Shown here one piece after another: positions 27,501-37,555 of a stretch of 64,000 nucleotides of DNA (the first letter of the stretch is position 1; the number at the start of each line of letters is the position of its first letter). The stretch comes from a virus. The stretch spans positions 21,709-85,708 of IMG/VR virus record IMGVR_UViG_3300036832_001295. One strand, written 5' to 3'. The notes under the pieces were generated by a model. The model worked only from the letters and a program-made list of their open reading frames with translations. It had not been told where the DNA came from and searched no databases. The position numbers were made by a program, and so were the translations under genes.

Positions 27501-28374
27501 GGGGTGCGCCTTGCGGCAGCCCGGTGGCGGCGTTGGGCGGTTGCGGCCATTCGGTGCCCGGCGTGACGGCCCACACGCCGGGGGTGAGTTGGCGTTGGTA
27601 ACCGACCTGGGAGCGTTGTTCACCTTCGGCCAGGTCGACCGGGAAACCGTCCGGGCCGAGGTTGGTGCCGGGTTGGGTGACCCCGCCGCCGGTCGAGGGG
27701 GCCGGTTGTGGATCCGGGTAGTGCGAGTAGCGGGCCGCGTCGGAGGGGTCGGGGGTGAACAACCCGACCCGGATCCAGCGCTTGGATTCGGCGTCGTAGA
27801 ACTCCTGCCCGGCCTGCACGGGCGGGAACAGGGCACCTTCGACGTGGTGGCCGTCCAGGTAGATCGGTAACCCGGCCGGGAGGCCGAACTGGCGGGCGTA
27901 GTCCATCGCCTCGTCCTTGGCCGAGGCGCGGGTCAGCGTCTTGACCCAGCTTGGGGAGGCGACGTGGTCGACCTGGAAGTACTCGTCCTCGCCGCCGCCG
28001 TGCGCATGTACGTGCACGTAGGAGCGCGGCAGTTCCTCGTGCCCGGCGGGGGACCGGGCCGCGGTGACGCGCAACGCTGCGGTACGGCCCACCGCGGCCT
28101 GTGCGGCACGTTCGGCCGACAAGGTGCGGTAGTCCTCCCGCAATCGGGCCAACACATCGTCCAAGGCGTCCGGGGCGACCTTGGCGACCACATCCGGCAG
28201 GACGAGGTCCAACCGGTGCCCGAACTCCTCCTCGCTGCCCGCGGCGGCCAGGAACGGCCAACACCCGGAAAGCGCCACCCGGGCCGCGATGACCGCTTCG
28301 TGGTGTTGGCGGGCGACGACGTCGGTGTTCGCCTCAGACCACATCGCGGTGAAGGCGAGTTCATTCACAGGCAT
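24547..28374 (-). CDS. Large modular head-associated/internal virion protein
   Basis: 1275 aa of short modules separated by [KRH]xAA-like linkers; includes an LSDGSFPI..DVRNA (DUF6582-like) module. Confidence 0.7.
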   Translation of the reverse strand: MPVNELAFTAMWSEANTDVVARQHHEAVIAARVALSGCWPFLAAAGSEEEFGHRLDLVLPDVVAKVAPDALDDVLARLREDYRTLSAERAAQAAVGRTAALRVTAARSPAGHEELPRSYVHVHAHGGGEDEYFQVDHVASPSWVKTLTRASAKDEAMDYARQFGLPAGLPIYLDGHHVEGALFPPVQAGQEFYDAESKRWIRVGLFTPDPSDAARYSHYPDPQPAPSTGGGVTQPGTNLGPDGFPVDLAEGEQRSQVGYQRQLTPGVWAVTPGTEWPQPPNAATGLPQGAPPPGGNAATGSRRSAAGGYLEGDDYGNATPGDLPSNHWHSHPAGADTWCDHCGGQIPKGSPAVSNESTWDIVHTPGEAKAYMDQHWHGGDVWHEMTHNSGDPPTNPNYQGPNPHAQRNNALRELATAKSIMEKADRTPRYCATCGINAFHHDTHPQAAGHPIGALKSEYDYAKAGLDQSVERAVKHASRHTGVEGAAPTPGPNPSYFAMGDQSATSGFPVDPAEGIEPKTDNRTDDFYGDVPPEQSSGSAMGQVDGQGYSRGATGMRHTAPGGGEHAPYRIKEEGGRFFVVNDKGEKKEEKGYATREQARRHQKALYVNVPGASESAEKESAWHRAALRRQAAFDSEIIHAGTGYDADNRYRLEHFHDEEGGHGVYIPHTYAGDKIGHHEYGRGGQQSAYRAAIRTIHGHADATDTHFGREDYPFTAARRDGLVYWAKEFTQEQRDKAAESGHALSDGSFPINSAEDVRNAKHDIGRTKHDRATVVKHINHWAEQYGEPKVGEEKEAALGPRPFARRAGYPLSGPPVPPGAGYRNEERQPPANEEDDCTCRYDSEGTCHVNPACREHGHFAREGVTRLSRQAAYEWGQHPATADVMGKGLYPYMNRYTTGPPDTVHEEDERDGYSDAMHHATRNFDWRGQQDFKDESEGYQRGYRLAHEHMANENNHNRQVIGPLFQSIREQSSPEQMQFLRSNPTGPSRYSKRAATDGLIVGHCDHCRMPVRWHTAAGGEEEEHLEHLHNGSHKCGDGAWSAKVSKLAAVPHPKTTIWHPEHPGENYRVTCEACGPVVSHPAEGIARAMASDHQDQHWIHAHDDLYGQGSHEREFPWLYEGKQAPQFFSRSLLASLPPAVPPANDTGAGAPPGATPGGDAAPGTGGPSAAPAPAAPNAAPPNMAPQRVGGRTLSQPTPENPSGLSEDEYRANTWEGLVKQRPMQPAEQRGINTPTQPGERLQTRQINTPTPGLGDQGSRGETDMDEDDTEEDEG

Positions 28375-28380
28375 CCGAGA

Positions 28381-28671
28381 TCACCTCAGTGTCGTCGTAT
28401 CCACGTCGGGGCCTTGCTGGTGCGGCACCGGCTGGCCGGGGTGGATGGGCCGGTCCAGCATCGGATCCTCGGTGACCGGGACGCCGTACGGGCCTTGTGC
28501 GGAGTTGTACGGGGCGGGCCCGCCGGGTGCGGCCGGGTCCAGGCCGTCGGTCTGGGGCGGTGGTTGACTGATGACCGGGCGGCGGGTCGGCCAGGGCACC
28601 TCGTGATGCACCTGGGCGTCCGGGTCCAGGTCCGCCATGGCTCGTAGTGCCGCCCGGTAGTCGATGCTCAT
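28381..28671 (-). CDS. Pro-rich hypothetical virion protein
   Basis: 96 aa, GPAPYN..PYGVPV motif, coupled to neighbouring genes. Confidence 0.65.
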   Translation of the reverse strand: MSIDYRAALRAMADLDPDAQVHHEVPWPTRRPVISQPPPQTDGLDPAAPGGPAPYNSAQGPYGVPVTEDPMLDRPIHPGQPVPHQQGPDVDTTTLR

Positions 28672-31244
28672 TGCCGGGTAAGCATCCGGTTGCGGGTGGC
28701 GATCAACCGCTGCTGCCGGACGATCTCCTCCTGGGCGGCGGCGATGAACGGGTCACTCGACCCGGAGGTGGTCAACCGGGGGCCGGACTCGGACGCACCT
28801 TCGTCGTCCTGGGTGGGTTGGCCGGGTTGCCAGTTCTGGCCGGGGTTGTTGGTGTAGTCGAGCGCCTCCTGATGCCCGTAGGGCAGGTGCGGGGCGTTGG
28901 GTTCGTCGCCGCCGTAGTTGTAGACCGGGTTGGGTTGGCCCAGGTTGGTCGACCCGTCGTAGCCGCTCGGGGCGGACTCACCGGGGTAGTCGATGCCGCG
29001 CCCGCCCATGTCCCCGACCCAACCGGAGTTGTCCCGCCCGCCGGTCCGGGAGGCGGCCACACTGCCGCCTGCCCCGCCACCACCGCCGGGTGCGCCGGGA
29101 CGGCCCTGCGGGCGGGCCTGGATCTGCTGCTCGGCCTCGTTGACGGTGTTCTGGACCGCGTCCGGCCCCCAGCCGACGATCGGGAACGCGACGTCGGGCG
29201 GGTACGGGGCGGACTGGCCCGGCGCGGGGGTGACACCGGGGGAGTCGTCGGCGTTGACGATCTGGTCGATCTGCGGAAGCCCGCTGTAGGCCAAGGTGCG
29301 GACGGCAACCTTGCCGAGGCCGCCGCAGGTCGGGCACTGGGCGTGCTCGGTCATGGTGTGCTCCTTCGCGGTGTGGGTGATGCCGTCTGGTTCGTTGTCG
29401 TGGTAGGCCGCGCCGACCGGGAAGCCTGCCCTGCCCCCGGAGGCCGCATCGGAGACCGGCCGGTGACCTGCGCCGTTGTCCTCGGTGGTGGGGTCGGAGG
29501 CACCGAGGCCGGGGTCGTTCGGGTCGACCACGGACGCCCCGTCATAGCCGGTGAAGCCCTGCAACTCCTGCAGGGCGGGCGCGCGGTTGGAGTCGGTGGC
29601 CGGGTCAAGCACCGCGGTGGCCGGGTGCCGGGCCTGGGCGGCGTAGTCGCGGGCGTAGTCGTCGTACGGGTCGTCACCGAAGATGTTCTCGACCAGCGCC
29701 TCATCCCGGCCCGCGTCGGGCACTTGGGCCGCGGTGACGTCGAACCCGGCCAACAAGGCGGACAGGTCCGTGTTGGGCAGACCCGGGTCGGCGTTGTCCA
29801 GGTGCGGGTCGTGGCCAGGGCCCAGGTGGCCCAACACGGCAAGCCGGGTGCCGCCGCCGGACAGCTGGCGTTGCACGTGCGCCTGGGTCAAGCCTTCCAG
29901 CCCGGACGTGTCGGTGCCCGCCCACAACGGCCCCCACACGGTGTGCCCGGGCAGCTGCTCCTTGTAGAAGCGGTTGCGTTCGGCTTCCCGGGCGGCCTGG
30001 TTGCGTTCGATCTCCTCGTGTTCGGCCTGGGACATGCCGCCGTCCTGCCCGCCCTTGTCCTTGCCGCCCTGCCCGCCCTTGTCCTGTCCGCCCTTGCCGC
30101 CAGGTGGCTGCTTGCCGCCCGGTGGTGTGGTCGTGCCGCCTCCGCCGTCGCCTGGTGGGCTGGGTGGCGGGGTCAGGGTCGGCGGGTTGGTGGACAGATC
30201 CCAGCTGCCCTGCTGCCCGGACGGGATGATCGGGTTGGGGGCCAGGGTCGGGGTGTTCTGCGCCCGGGTCGGGACGTGCTGTTCAGACGGGGCCGGGGTG
30301 GGCGGTGGCAGGTGCGGGTTGATGGCGTGCTGCATCTGCTGCAAGGCCGGGTTGACCCGGTGCTGCACCTGGCTGCCGTGGGACGGCTCGGGCTCGGGCT
30401 CGCTGCGCAAGGCCCGCAGCCGCTCTTCCAGGTTCGCCCCGGTGGCGTGCAGGGCGGCCTGCCTGCGCCCGGTGACCGGGGCCATGTCGTCCAGGTCCTC
30501 GCCCTGCCCTGCCGTGCCCGGCTCGGGTTGGCCGCTCGCGTCGGTGCCCGCGGGCCTGGCGGCGGCCTGCCCGGACAGGGCCCGGTCCACCTGGGCCTTG
30601 CTGTCCTGGTCCAGGCTGCTGATCGGCCCCCCGGCAGGCAGGGTGGACTTGTGCCCTTCCCCGCCGCCGGGCATGCCAGGCAGCTTGGGCATGCCGCCCA
30701 ACCCGCCGCCTGCCTCTGCCCCGCCTGCCTCTGCCCCACCGGCAAGCTCGGGCAGTAGCTCCACCGCTGCCGCTGCCGCCGTTCGTGCCCACCTGGCCCG
30801 TAACCGGTCGGCCTCGGACAGGAACGCCGCCTGCGCGTGCTCGGCCCACTGGCCGTGGGTGGAGGCCTGGCGGCGGGCCAGCCCGTGCGCTTGGACGGCG
30901 TACTCGTCCGGGTCGGCCTTGACCACGTCCGGCACCCGGTCGAACCAGGCCACTGCGGTGGCGATCAGGGCGTGTTCGGCCTCGGCCTGGCTGCTGGTGT
31001 GCCAGCCCGCGTCGGCCACCTCGGTCAACCAGTCGGTGGCCGCGGTGTGGTGTTCGTGCACGTGCCCGGGGACGACGGCGGCGGGGATGTGGGTCAGGTC
31101 CAGGGCGCGGGCGGCGTCGTGGGCTGCCATCCGGGCGGTGCGGGCCGCCTCTGCCGCTGCGGTCCAGTGCGCCTGGGCGGGGTAGTCGTGGGCGGCGGCG
31201 GCCAGCGCCAGGCACTGCGCCTCACTCAGGTCGGTGTCGGTCAC
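28668..31244 (-). CDS. Large low-complexity head-associated protein
   Basis: 858 aa; N-terminal helical domain (WFDRVPDVVKADPDEYAVQAHG), CPTCGGLG, SGLPQIDQ. Confidence 0.7.
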   Translation of the reverse strand: MTDTDLSEAQCLALAAAAHDYPAQAHWTAAAEAARTARMAAHDAARALDLTHIPAAVVPGHVHEHHTAATDWLTEVADAGWHTSSQAEAEHALIATAVAWFDRVPDVVKADPDEYAVQAHGLARRQASTHGQWAEHAQAAFLSEADRLRARWARTAAAAAVELLPELAGGAEAGGAEAGGGLGGMPKLPGMPGGGEGHKSTLPAGGPISSLDQDSKAQVDRALSGQAAARPAGTDASGQPEPGTAGQGEDLDDMAPVTGRRQAALHATGANLEERLRALRSEPEPEPSHGSQVQHRVNPALQQMQHAINPHLPPPTPAPSEQHVPTRAQNTPTLAPNPIIPSGQQGSWDLSTNPPTLTPPPSPPGDGGGGTTTPPGGKQPPGGKGGQDKGGQGGKDKGGQDGGMSQAEHEEIERNQAAREAERNRFYKEQLPGHTVWGPLWAGTDTSGLEGLTQAHVQRQLSGGGTRLAVLGHLGPGHDPHLDNADPGLPNTDLSALLAGFDVTAAQVPDAGRDEALVENIFGDDPYDDYARDYAAQARHPATAVLDPATDSNRAPALQELQGFTGYDGASVVDPNDPGLGASDPTTEDNGAGHRPVSDAASGGRAGFPVGAAYHDNEPDGITHTAKEHTMTEHAQCPTCGGLGKVAVRTLAYSGLPQIDQIVNADDSPGVTPAPGQSAPYPPDVAFPIVGWGPDAVQNTVNEAEQQIQARPQGRPGAPGGGGGAGGSVAASRTGGRDNSGWVGDMGGRGIDYPGESAPSGYDGSTNLGQPNPVYNYGGDEPNAPHLPYGHQEALDYTNNPGQNWQPGQPTQDDEGASESGPRLTTSGSSDPFIAAAQEEIVRQQRLIATRNRMLTRQ

Positions 31245-32322
31245 GGCCCTGCTCCCCTGCTCGGTGGCGTTGCCCTCTACCCCTTCGCGGGCGGGCAGCC
31301 CCAGGCAGGCAGGGCGGCGGGGTGGGGGCGCTTGCGCCGGGGCGGGCCGTGCCGGGGCCAGGCTGGCCGTTGGCAGGCTGGGGCGGCGTGGTCGCGGCTC
31401 GGGTAGGCCGTGGCGGCTGCGGGCCGTTCAGGCTGTCGCTGGTCGGTCCGGCGCACCGTGCCTGGTCGGCCTGACCTGCCCTGATCAGGCCGTCTGCCAT
31501 GATCCACTGGCCGCTGACCCTGGACCACTGGTCGAGGCCGGTGTATGGGAGTGGGTTTGACGACGGATTTCGTTGTTCACAGGTGATATACAGCTACACC
31601 ATTATGGTTGAAGGCTTCAAAGCGTCTTCTCAGCTGGGCACAACTGATTCCGCAGCTTTAGCGGGTTTCGGACGTGTGATCAACAGTGCTAACCGGAGGT
31701 GGATCTTGATTCGCTGCCAGGTCGCCTGGGGGTTGGGGAGCGGCTGTCGGACGGCTCTGCCCCCGGTGATTGCTGGGGTGGACGGGTCGGGGCGCTAACC
31801 GGAGGGTCAAGATCCAACAGCGGGGGTTCTGGGGGGTGGTCGGCGGCTGCCTCGCGCGGGCGTGAAACAGGCCAAGTGGGGAGCGGAGTGCCTCTGGGTA
31901 GGGATGAGGGGGGTCGCTGGGGGGTCGGAGTGGGGCGGAATGGCCGGGTATAAAGGCATGTACCCCAGCAAACACGGGCGGTTGGTCGGTATCCATTGAT
32001 CACTTGGGGGGTTCCTAACAGCCCGGTGGTGGCCGGTGGTGGCTGCTGCTACCGTGCCGGGGTCCCCGCGGGGGCCGTTCCGTTTCGGGTCCCCTCGTTG
32101 CCGGTCCCTGCGGGGGCCGCCCGCCTGCGGGGCCTGTGGCCGGGGGGTGCTCCCGTCCTCGCCAGCTGCTCTCTTGCTGGGGCCCTGGTGAGGTGTGGGA
32201 CAACGAACTACCCGGGGTGGGGTCCCTGGACGCCGGATCCGGCAGGGACCCGTTCAGGGCCGCGCCGGGGGGTGTCTCTCGCTGTGCAATTGGCAAGGTT
32301 CAGGCGGGGGTGGTTACGGGGC

Positions 32323-32709
32323 CTACTGGGCCAGCAGCCAGGAGAAGTCCGGTACCTCACCGCGCAGCACCGCGACCACCAGCCGCAGATCCATCGTGGT
32401 GGCCCCGTCGGCGGTGCCCTCCGCGAGGACCCGGTTCAGAGTGTCCTCGACGCTCTGCCACAGATACTGCGGCAACGCGACCGGCGCGATCGGGGAGTCC
32501 TGCGGCTCCGGCAGGGGGCCGCAGCTGACCGCGAACGGGTCCACGGTGGTCCAGTGCTGGGACCCGTCGGCGGTGCGTACCACCCAGGTGCGGGCCTCAA
32601 CCAGCACCGTCGGGGCCAACTCGCCCAGCACATCCACCTGCACGCCGTTGAACATGCCGCGGGTTCCCTCGGCGTACCGGCTCGCCCGGTCGGTGTCGTT
32701 ATTGGTCAT
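32323..32709 (-). CDS. Hypothetical early protein
   Basis: 128 aa, AGGAG RBS with a TACT-rich leader. Confidence 0.7.
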   Translation of the reverse strand: MTNNDTDRASRYAEGTRGMFNGVQVDVLGELAPTVLVEARTWVVRTADGSQHWTTVDPFAVSCGPLPEPQDSPIAPVALPQYLWQSVEDTLNRVLAEGTADGATTMDLRLVVAVLRGEVPDFSWLLAQ

Positions 32710-32753
32710 GATCAGTAACTCCTGTCAGTAGTTGATGTTGATGGTGGGTGGTG

Positions 32754-32782
32754 CCGCAAGGCCCCCGGAGGGGGCCCTGCGG
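32754..32782. terminator. GC-rich hairpin
   Basis: CCGCAAGGCCCCC-GGA-GGGGGCCCTGCGG just after the stop at 32790. Confidence 0.5.
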
Positions 32783-32789
32783 GTGAGCC

Positions 32790-33785
32790 TCAGGCCGCTT
32801 CCGGGGTCCGCTCGGTGATCTCGAACTGGGTCGGGCGGGAGTAGAAGCCGAAGCTCGGGTCCTTATCGGAGACCTTCACCGCGGCGGCGAAACGAACCTT
32901 GTCGCCCTTGCTGGTCTCGAACGCTGAGGGCTCCGTGCCGTACACCCGGGTCCCGTCGGCAAGCTCGACAAGCATCTTCCAGGTGGTCCCGCCGTGGTAG
33001 CTGTACGGGTCCTCCACCTCTTTGCGGGAGATGATGGTGCCCTCGATGACCTGACGCTTGCCGGTGACCTGAAGCGTCGCCGCGGGAGCCTCGTCGGCCT
33101 TGACCGTCATCCGGTCCAGGTAGGAGTCCCACTTGGACTCCTGCTCGGCCACGATCCGCGCCACCAGCGCGATCTGCTTGTCCGAGGCCTCCCCGTACTT
33201 GCGGGACTTGGCGGCGATGTCGGCCATCGTGTGCAGGCCCCAGGTCAGCCCGGAGGCGAGCACGTAGTCGTCGGCCGCGAGCCGGGAGTCCCGCACCGGA
33301 CGCAGGGACCCGGCGCGAGCCAGGTCGTGGGACTCCTGCTCCATGCCGATCTCGATGTTGTGCGAGTAGGTGGCGTAGGCCATCGCGGGGTGCTCCTCGC
33401 AGAGGACCCGGAACGCGGACAGCTTGGCCTGGCGGGCCCGGTCCAACGCGGCCTGCTTGCGGAGCTTGTCGAACTCGGGCTTGCTCATCGCGAACCGGCC
33501 GTCCAGGCAGGTCTCGCCGATCCAGATCCACTGCTTGGCGTCCTCGCGGACCATCAGCGCCGCGTAGCGGATGTAGGCCCCGCAGTGCCCGCACTGGCCC
33601 ATCCCGTGGGCCCCGCAGCGGAAACCACGCGCGATCAGGTCGTTGATCAACTTGAGCCGGTAGGCGACCGAGGTCGGGTTCGGGTAGTCCGGGTTCAGGT
33701 CGAACACGCCCGCCAGGCTGTAGGCAGCCGGGTCGAATTCCGGGGCCGAAGGCCGGTGGATGTCGTTGCGCTCGATGGTGGTCAT
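32790..33785 (-). CDS. Hypothetical protein with Zn-binding N-terminal and OB-fold-like C-terminal parts
   Basis: CGHCGAYIRY..IGETC; RQVIEGTII...GDKVRFAAAV..FYSRPT. Confidence 0.75.
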   Translation of the reverse strand: MTTIERNDIHRPSAPEFDPAAYSLAGVFDLNPDYPNPTSVAYRLKLINDLIARGFRCGAHGMGQCGHCGAYIRYAALMVREDAKQWIWIGETCLDGRFAMSKPEFDKLRKQAALDRARQAKLSAFRVLCEEHPAMAYATYSHNIEIGMEQESHDLARAGSLRPVRDSRLAADDYVLASGLTWGLHTMADIAAKSRKYGEASDKQIALVARIVAEQESKWDSYLDRMTVKADEAPAATLQVTGKRQVIEGTIISRKEVEDPYSYHGGTTWKMLVELADGTRVYGTEPSAFETSKGDKVRFAAAVKVSDKDPSFGFYSRPTQFEITERTPEAA

Positions 33786-33973
33786 GGTGGTGGCTCCCAG
33801 TAAGAGTGAGTAAGTGATGGTCCCATTATAGGCACACCGTTTCCGGGGTGTCCACTTCCTGGGTCCCAAAGTTTGTTGTGACCTGGGTCACCGCTCGGTG
33901 GGGGCCTCGACGCGGGGGTAGTGCCGCGACCTGACACCCAGCAGCGCGATGCTCCACAGCGCGAGTAGCTCCC

Positions 33974-34933
33974 TCATGAGGGCACCTGCGCACGTAGCAC
34001 CGGCTCGTGCCGCTCATCGGCCCGGGGGCCCAGCAGCAGCGGTTCCTTGTCCGGGCAGTCCCGCGGGTCCCCCTCGGGCGAACCGTCCTCCCAGTACAGC
34101 CAGCCGTCATCGGCGGGAAACTGGAACAGCACCTGACCGCAGTACAGGCACACCACGTCAAGCTCCTCGGCCAGGTACCGACCGGTGCGGCGCGGGATGT
34201 GGGTGGTGCTCATCGAGACTCCTCACGCAGCACCCGGCCCGCGGAGGGCCGGTGGTAGCGCTTGCGGTTGCGGTGCGGGGTGGCCGCATTGCTGCGGCGC
34301 ACCTCCTGCACCTTGATGATCTTGGTCTGGGGCTGCTTGCTCATGATCAGGAGTCCTCCCGGTAGAGGGCCAGTGCGTAGGAGGTGGTCGCCTCGGTGCG
34401 CACCCCCACCGGCAGCTGCGCGGGCTTGGTGTGCGCGATAGCACCCGGCTTGAACTCCTGCATCATGATGGTGAGTTCCTCGTCCACACCGCCACCGGGG
34501 AACCGGAAGGTCCACTCGTAGGGGCCCTCCTCCCACAGGATGGTGGGCCGGGGGCCCCAGCCCAGGTCGGCGTCCATGACCAGCGTGGGACCCGCCTCGG
34601 GCCGCTCCGGGTCGCAGTACCCGGCGAAGGTGCGACGCACCGCGGCCAGTACCTGCTCGGCCTGCCGCTTGGTGACCGCGCTCATCGGGCGGTGCCCCAG
34701 CGGGAGCCCGCCAGACGCTCGGTCTCGGTGACCTCGGCGCGCACGTTGCGGAAGGTGTAGCTCTCGCCCACCGTGATGTTGTAGGCCAGCGTGCTGACCC
34801 CCAGCGCCGCCAGCGTGGCAGCGGGAGTGTTCAGCCAGGCGTCGCGCTCGGCCCCGGTGAGGTCCAGGTTCACCTGGGACTGGTCGCCGTCGGCGGTGAT
34901 GAAGGTGACCTTGACGTTGTGGGTGGTGGTCAT
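33974..34933 (-). CDS. Operon of four small hypothetical genes (34682-34933, 34347-34685, 34210-34344, 33974-34213)
   Basis: Coupled ORFs downstream of the cassette at 34934. Confidence 0.65.
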
Positions 34934-35043
34934 GATGGCTCCTCGTATCAGTGAGTAAATGTTGACGGTTTCACCATAACGGTTGCGGCTGGATTACCGC
35001 AACCCTACGGCGTAAAGTTTGTTGTGGTCTGCGTCACACAGGC

Positions 35044-35493
35044 TCAGGCGATGCCTGCGATCTGCGCCCAGGTCTCCCCGGCGTCCAGACGGGCGGCGGT
35101 CTGCGGGTCCCGGGCGGCAAAGTCCTCGACCATCGCTTCCAGGCGCTCCTGCGCCTGCTGGGCGGGCGAGCCGTAGGCCAGGTGCTCATGGCCTGCGCGG
35201 CAGGTCCAGCCCTCGTCCAGGGACCCGTTCAGGGCGTGCATGGGGGCCCCACAGTCGACGGTGGTGTACACGTCCGCAGGGCTGTCCGGGTACCACTCCT
35301 CCTCGGGCGAGTGCAGCGAGGCGGTGGGGATCTCGACCCACCACGAGCAGGTACCGATCGCCTTGCCGTGGGTGGCCTCGAAGCGGTACTTGCGCTCGAA
35401 GCAGTCACGCACCTCGGCGATCGTGTCGTGCTTGACCTGGCAGCCCAGCGCGCGGCCGAGGGAGGCGGTGCATTCTCCGCAGGTGATGCTCAT
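35044..35493 (-). CDS. Cys/His-rich hypothetical protein
   Basis: Start MSITCGEC behind a promoter cassette. Confidence 0.7.
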   Translation of the reverse strand: MSITCGECTASLGRALGCQVKHDTIAEVRDCFERKYRFEATHGKAIGTCSWWVEIPTASLHSPEEEWYPDSPADVYTTVDCGAPMHALNGSLDEGWTCRAGHEHLAYGSPAQQAQERLEAMVEDFAARDPQTAARLDAGETWAQIAGIA

Positions 35494-35662
35494 AACGTGG
35501 CTCCTAGTAGCTGGTGCAGTAGTTGACGGTGCCAACGTTAGTCGTCGTAACCCGATGGTGCAACCCATGTGGGCATATCTCTGTTGTGGGCTGCGCCACA
35601 GTGTCTGGATGGGGGCCCAGGTTTGGATGAGCACCCGGTATCCCGGGCCCCCACAACGGCCC

Positions 35663-36586
35663 TCAGGCCGCGTCTGCGCTCACCTCCTCCTCGGTGTAGG
35701 CGGCGATGCCCAGCACGTGCTCTGCGGCCTTCTGGGCCTGCGCCGCGGCCTGCACGATGAGCTTGTGGTCGGCCTTCAGGACCCGCAGCCAGCTGGCCAG
35801 GTAGGCCGCTGAGTTGTCCAGGGTGGTCTCGATGCCCGCCTGGGCGCACAGGAACGCGGCGGTCATCTCCGCGCAGAGTTCCTCCTTCGAGTACTTCTCG
35901 TCGCCGAAGTGACTAAAGCTGGTGATGTTGGGCCGGTCCAGCCGGGACGGGTGGCCGGTGGAGTGCCCCATCTCGTGGAACAACGTCGAGTAGAACTCCT
36001 CGGCGTGCGCGTACTGGCCGATCTCCGGGACGGTGATCTCATCGGTGGTAGGCACGTAGAAGGCCTGGTCGGAGGCGGTCCGGGTGATCCGCGGCGCGTC
36101 CGGATAGCCCGCCACGATCGCCTCCGCGGCCTCGATCGGGTCATGCTGGGTACGGCTGGTCGCCGGGTTCACCGGCTCCTTGCCCTCGGCCCAGTCGGCC
36201 TGCTCGGCGTTGAAGACGGAGTAGACCCGCAGCATGAAGATGATCTTGGGCTTCTTCTCGCCGGTCACCTCGTCCGTCTCGGTGATCTTGATCCGCTTCC
36301 AGAGCGTCACCATGGTCGACTTCTCGCCCTTGCGGACCTGACCGCCCATCTCGGAGATGCGCTTGTAGGTGCCCCACCACGGCGAGGTGTAGCCGCCCTC
36401 TAGCGCAGAGAGGCTCAGCAGCAGCGGGTTGATGCCGCGGTAGGCCTTCTTCGTGGACAGGCTCAGCGGCAGCGTGCCGGACGCGCCCCACGGCTTGCGC
36501 CAGGGCACGGTACCCGCTTCCAGGGCCTTGATGATGGTGGCGGTGACGGCCTCGTAGGCGTCGAACTTGGTCTTGGTGCTGGTCAT
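35663..36586 (-). CDS. ardC: ArdC-family antirestriction/ssDNA-binding protein with zincin-like domain
   Basis: GTVPWRKPW, YRGINPLLL, WGTYKRI..GGQVRKGEK, FNAEQ, FHEMGHSTGH, YSKEELCAE. Confidence 0.9.
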   Translation of the reverse strand: MTSTKTKFDAYEAVTATIIKALEAGTVPWRKPWGASGTLPLSLSTKKAYRGINPLLLSLSALEGGYTSPWWGTYKRISEMGGQVRKGEKSTMVTLWKRIKITETDEVTGEKKPKIIFMLRVYSVFNAEQADWAEGKEPVNPATSRTQHDPIEAAEAIVAGYPDAPRITRTASDQAFYVPTTDEITVPEIGQYAHAEEFYSTLFHEMGHSTGHPSRLDRPNITSFSHFGDEKYSKEELCAEMTAAFLCAQAGIETTLDNSAAYLASWLRVLKADHKLIVQAAAQAQKAAEHVLGIAAYTEEEVSADAA

Positions 36587-36692
36587 GGTGGTGGCTCCTC
36601 AGTAGCGAGTGAGTAGAAGTTGACGGTGCTAACGCTAGTGGTCGAAAGCCGATGGCGCAAGCCCTACGGCGTAATCTCTGTTGTGGGCTGCG

Positions 36693-37338
36693 TCACAGGT
36701 ACCGCTGCCGGTTGTCGGGCAGCACCTCGATGATCGCCATCCCAGGCTTGCGGGCCTTGCGCGCGGTCTCCAACGACGCGGTGCGCTTGATGACGTGGGC
36801 GTGCGTGGGGTTGTAGGCCACCACGAAGTACCGGTTCGAGCGCGCGGTGCGCACGGTGGCCCCGCTGGGCGCGACCAGGGTCACGGTGCGGCTGGGGGCC
36901 ACGGTGGGCGTGCTCGGGGTGGGCAACGGCTGCGCGTGCTCGGCGCACTCGGCGTAGACGGTGCCGCCCTCACGGGCAAAGGCCAACGTGGCGGGCTTGC
37001 CGCAGCGTTCGCCCTGGGCACCGACGATGACGGTGCAGGTCCGGCCCTCGGCGGGCACTCGACGGATGGCCATCTCAGATCACCCGTCCACCGAACAGCG
37101 GCCGGTCGGCGTGCTTGACCAACTCGGTGATGGTGAAGTCGGCGACCTGGTTGGGCGCGCTCGGGATCGCGACCGCGACTGCGGTCACGCCGCGGCGGCG
37201 CAGGTTGCGTACCGCGTCCCAGGTCAGCGACTGGCGACGGTTGTGCTCCTGCCAGCCCTGGCGGGGGACGAAGGACTGCACTAGGACCGGTGCGGTGTCG
37301 GTGCCGAAGTGTTCGGCGATCAGAGCGGGTGTGCTCAT
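36693..37338 (-). CDS. Two small hypothetical genes (37075-37338, 36693-37073)
   Basis: Behind the cassette at 37339. Confidence 0.65.
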
Positions 37339-37555
37339 GATGGTGGCTCCTCAGTAGCAGTGAGTAGAAGTTGACGGAGCTAACGCTACTGGTTCAAACC
37401 CAGTGGCGCAAGCCATGTGGTGATATCTTTGTTGTGACCTGGGTCACCTGAAGTTTGGGGGCTGCCGCCCCGCCCGTACGGCCGAACGTGGCCTGCGCGC
37501 CATGTCAAGACGCAGGGTGCCCCACGCTCTACGGGGCGGCAGCCGGTCTGTGGGG

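Noticed and set aside
17776-30758. Long plus-strand ORFs (17776-20661, 24382-27870, 28647-30758)
   Set aside because: Antisense shadows of high-GC minus-strand genes.
31300-31440. GGCAGGC-containing G-rich stretch as a second guide array
   Set aside because: No sustained 5-nt periodicity.
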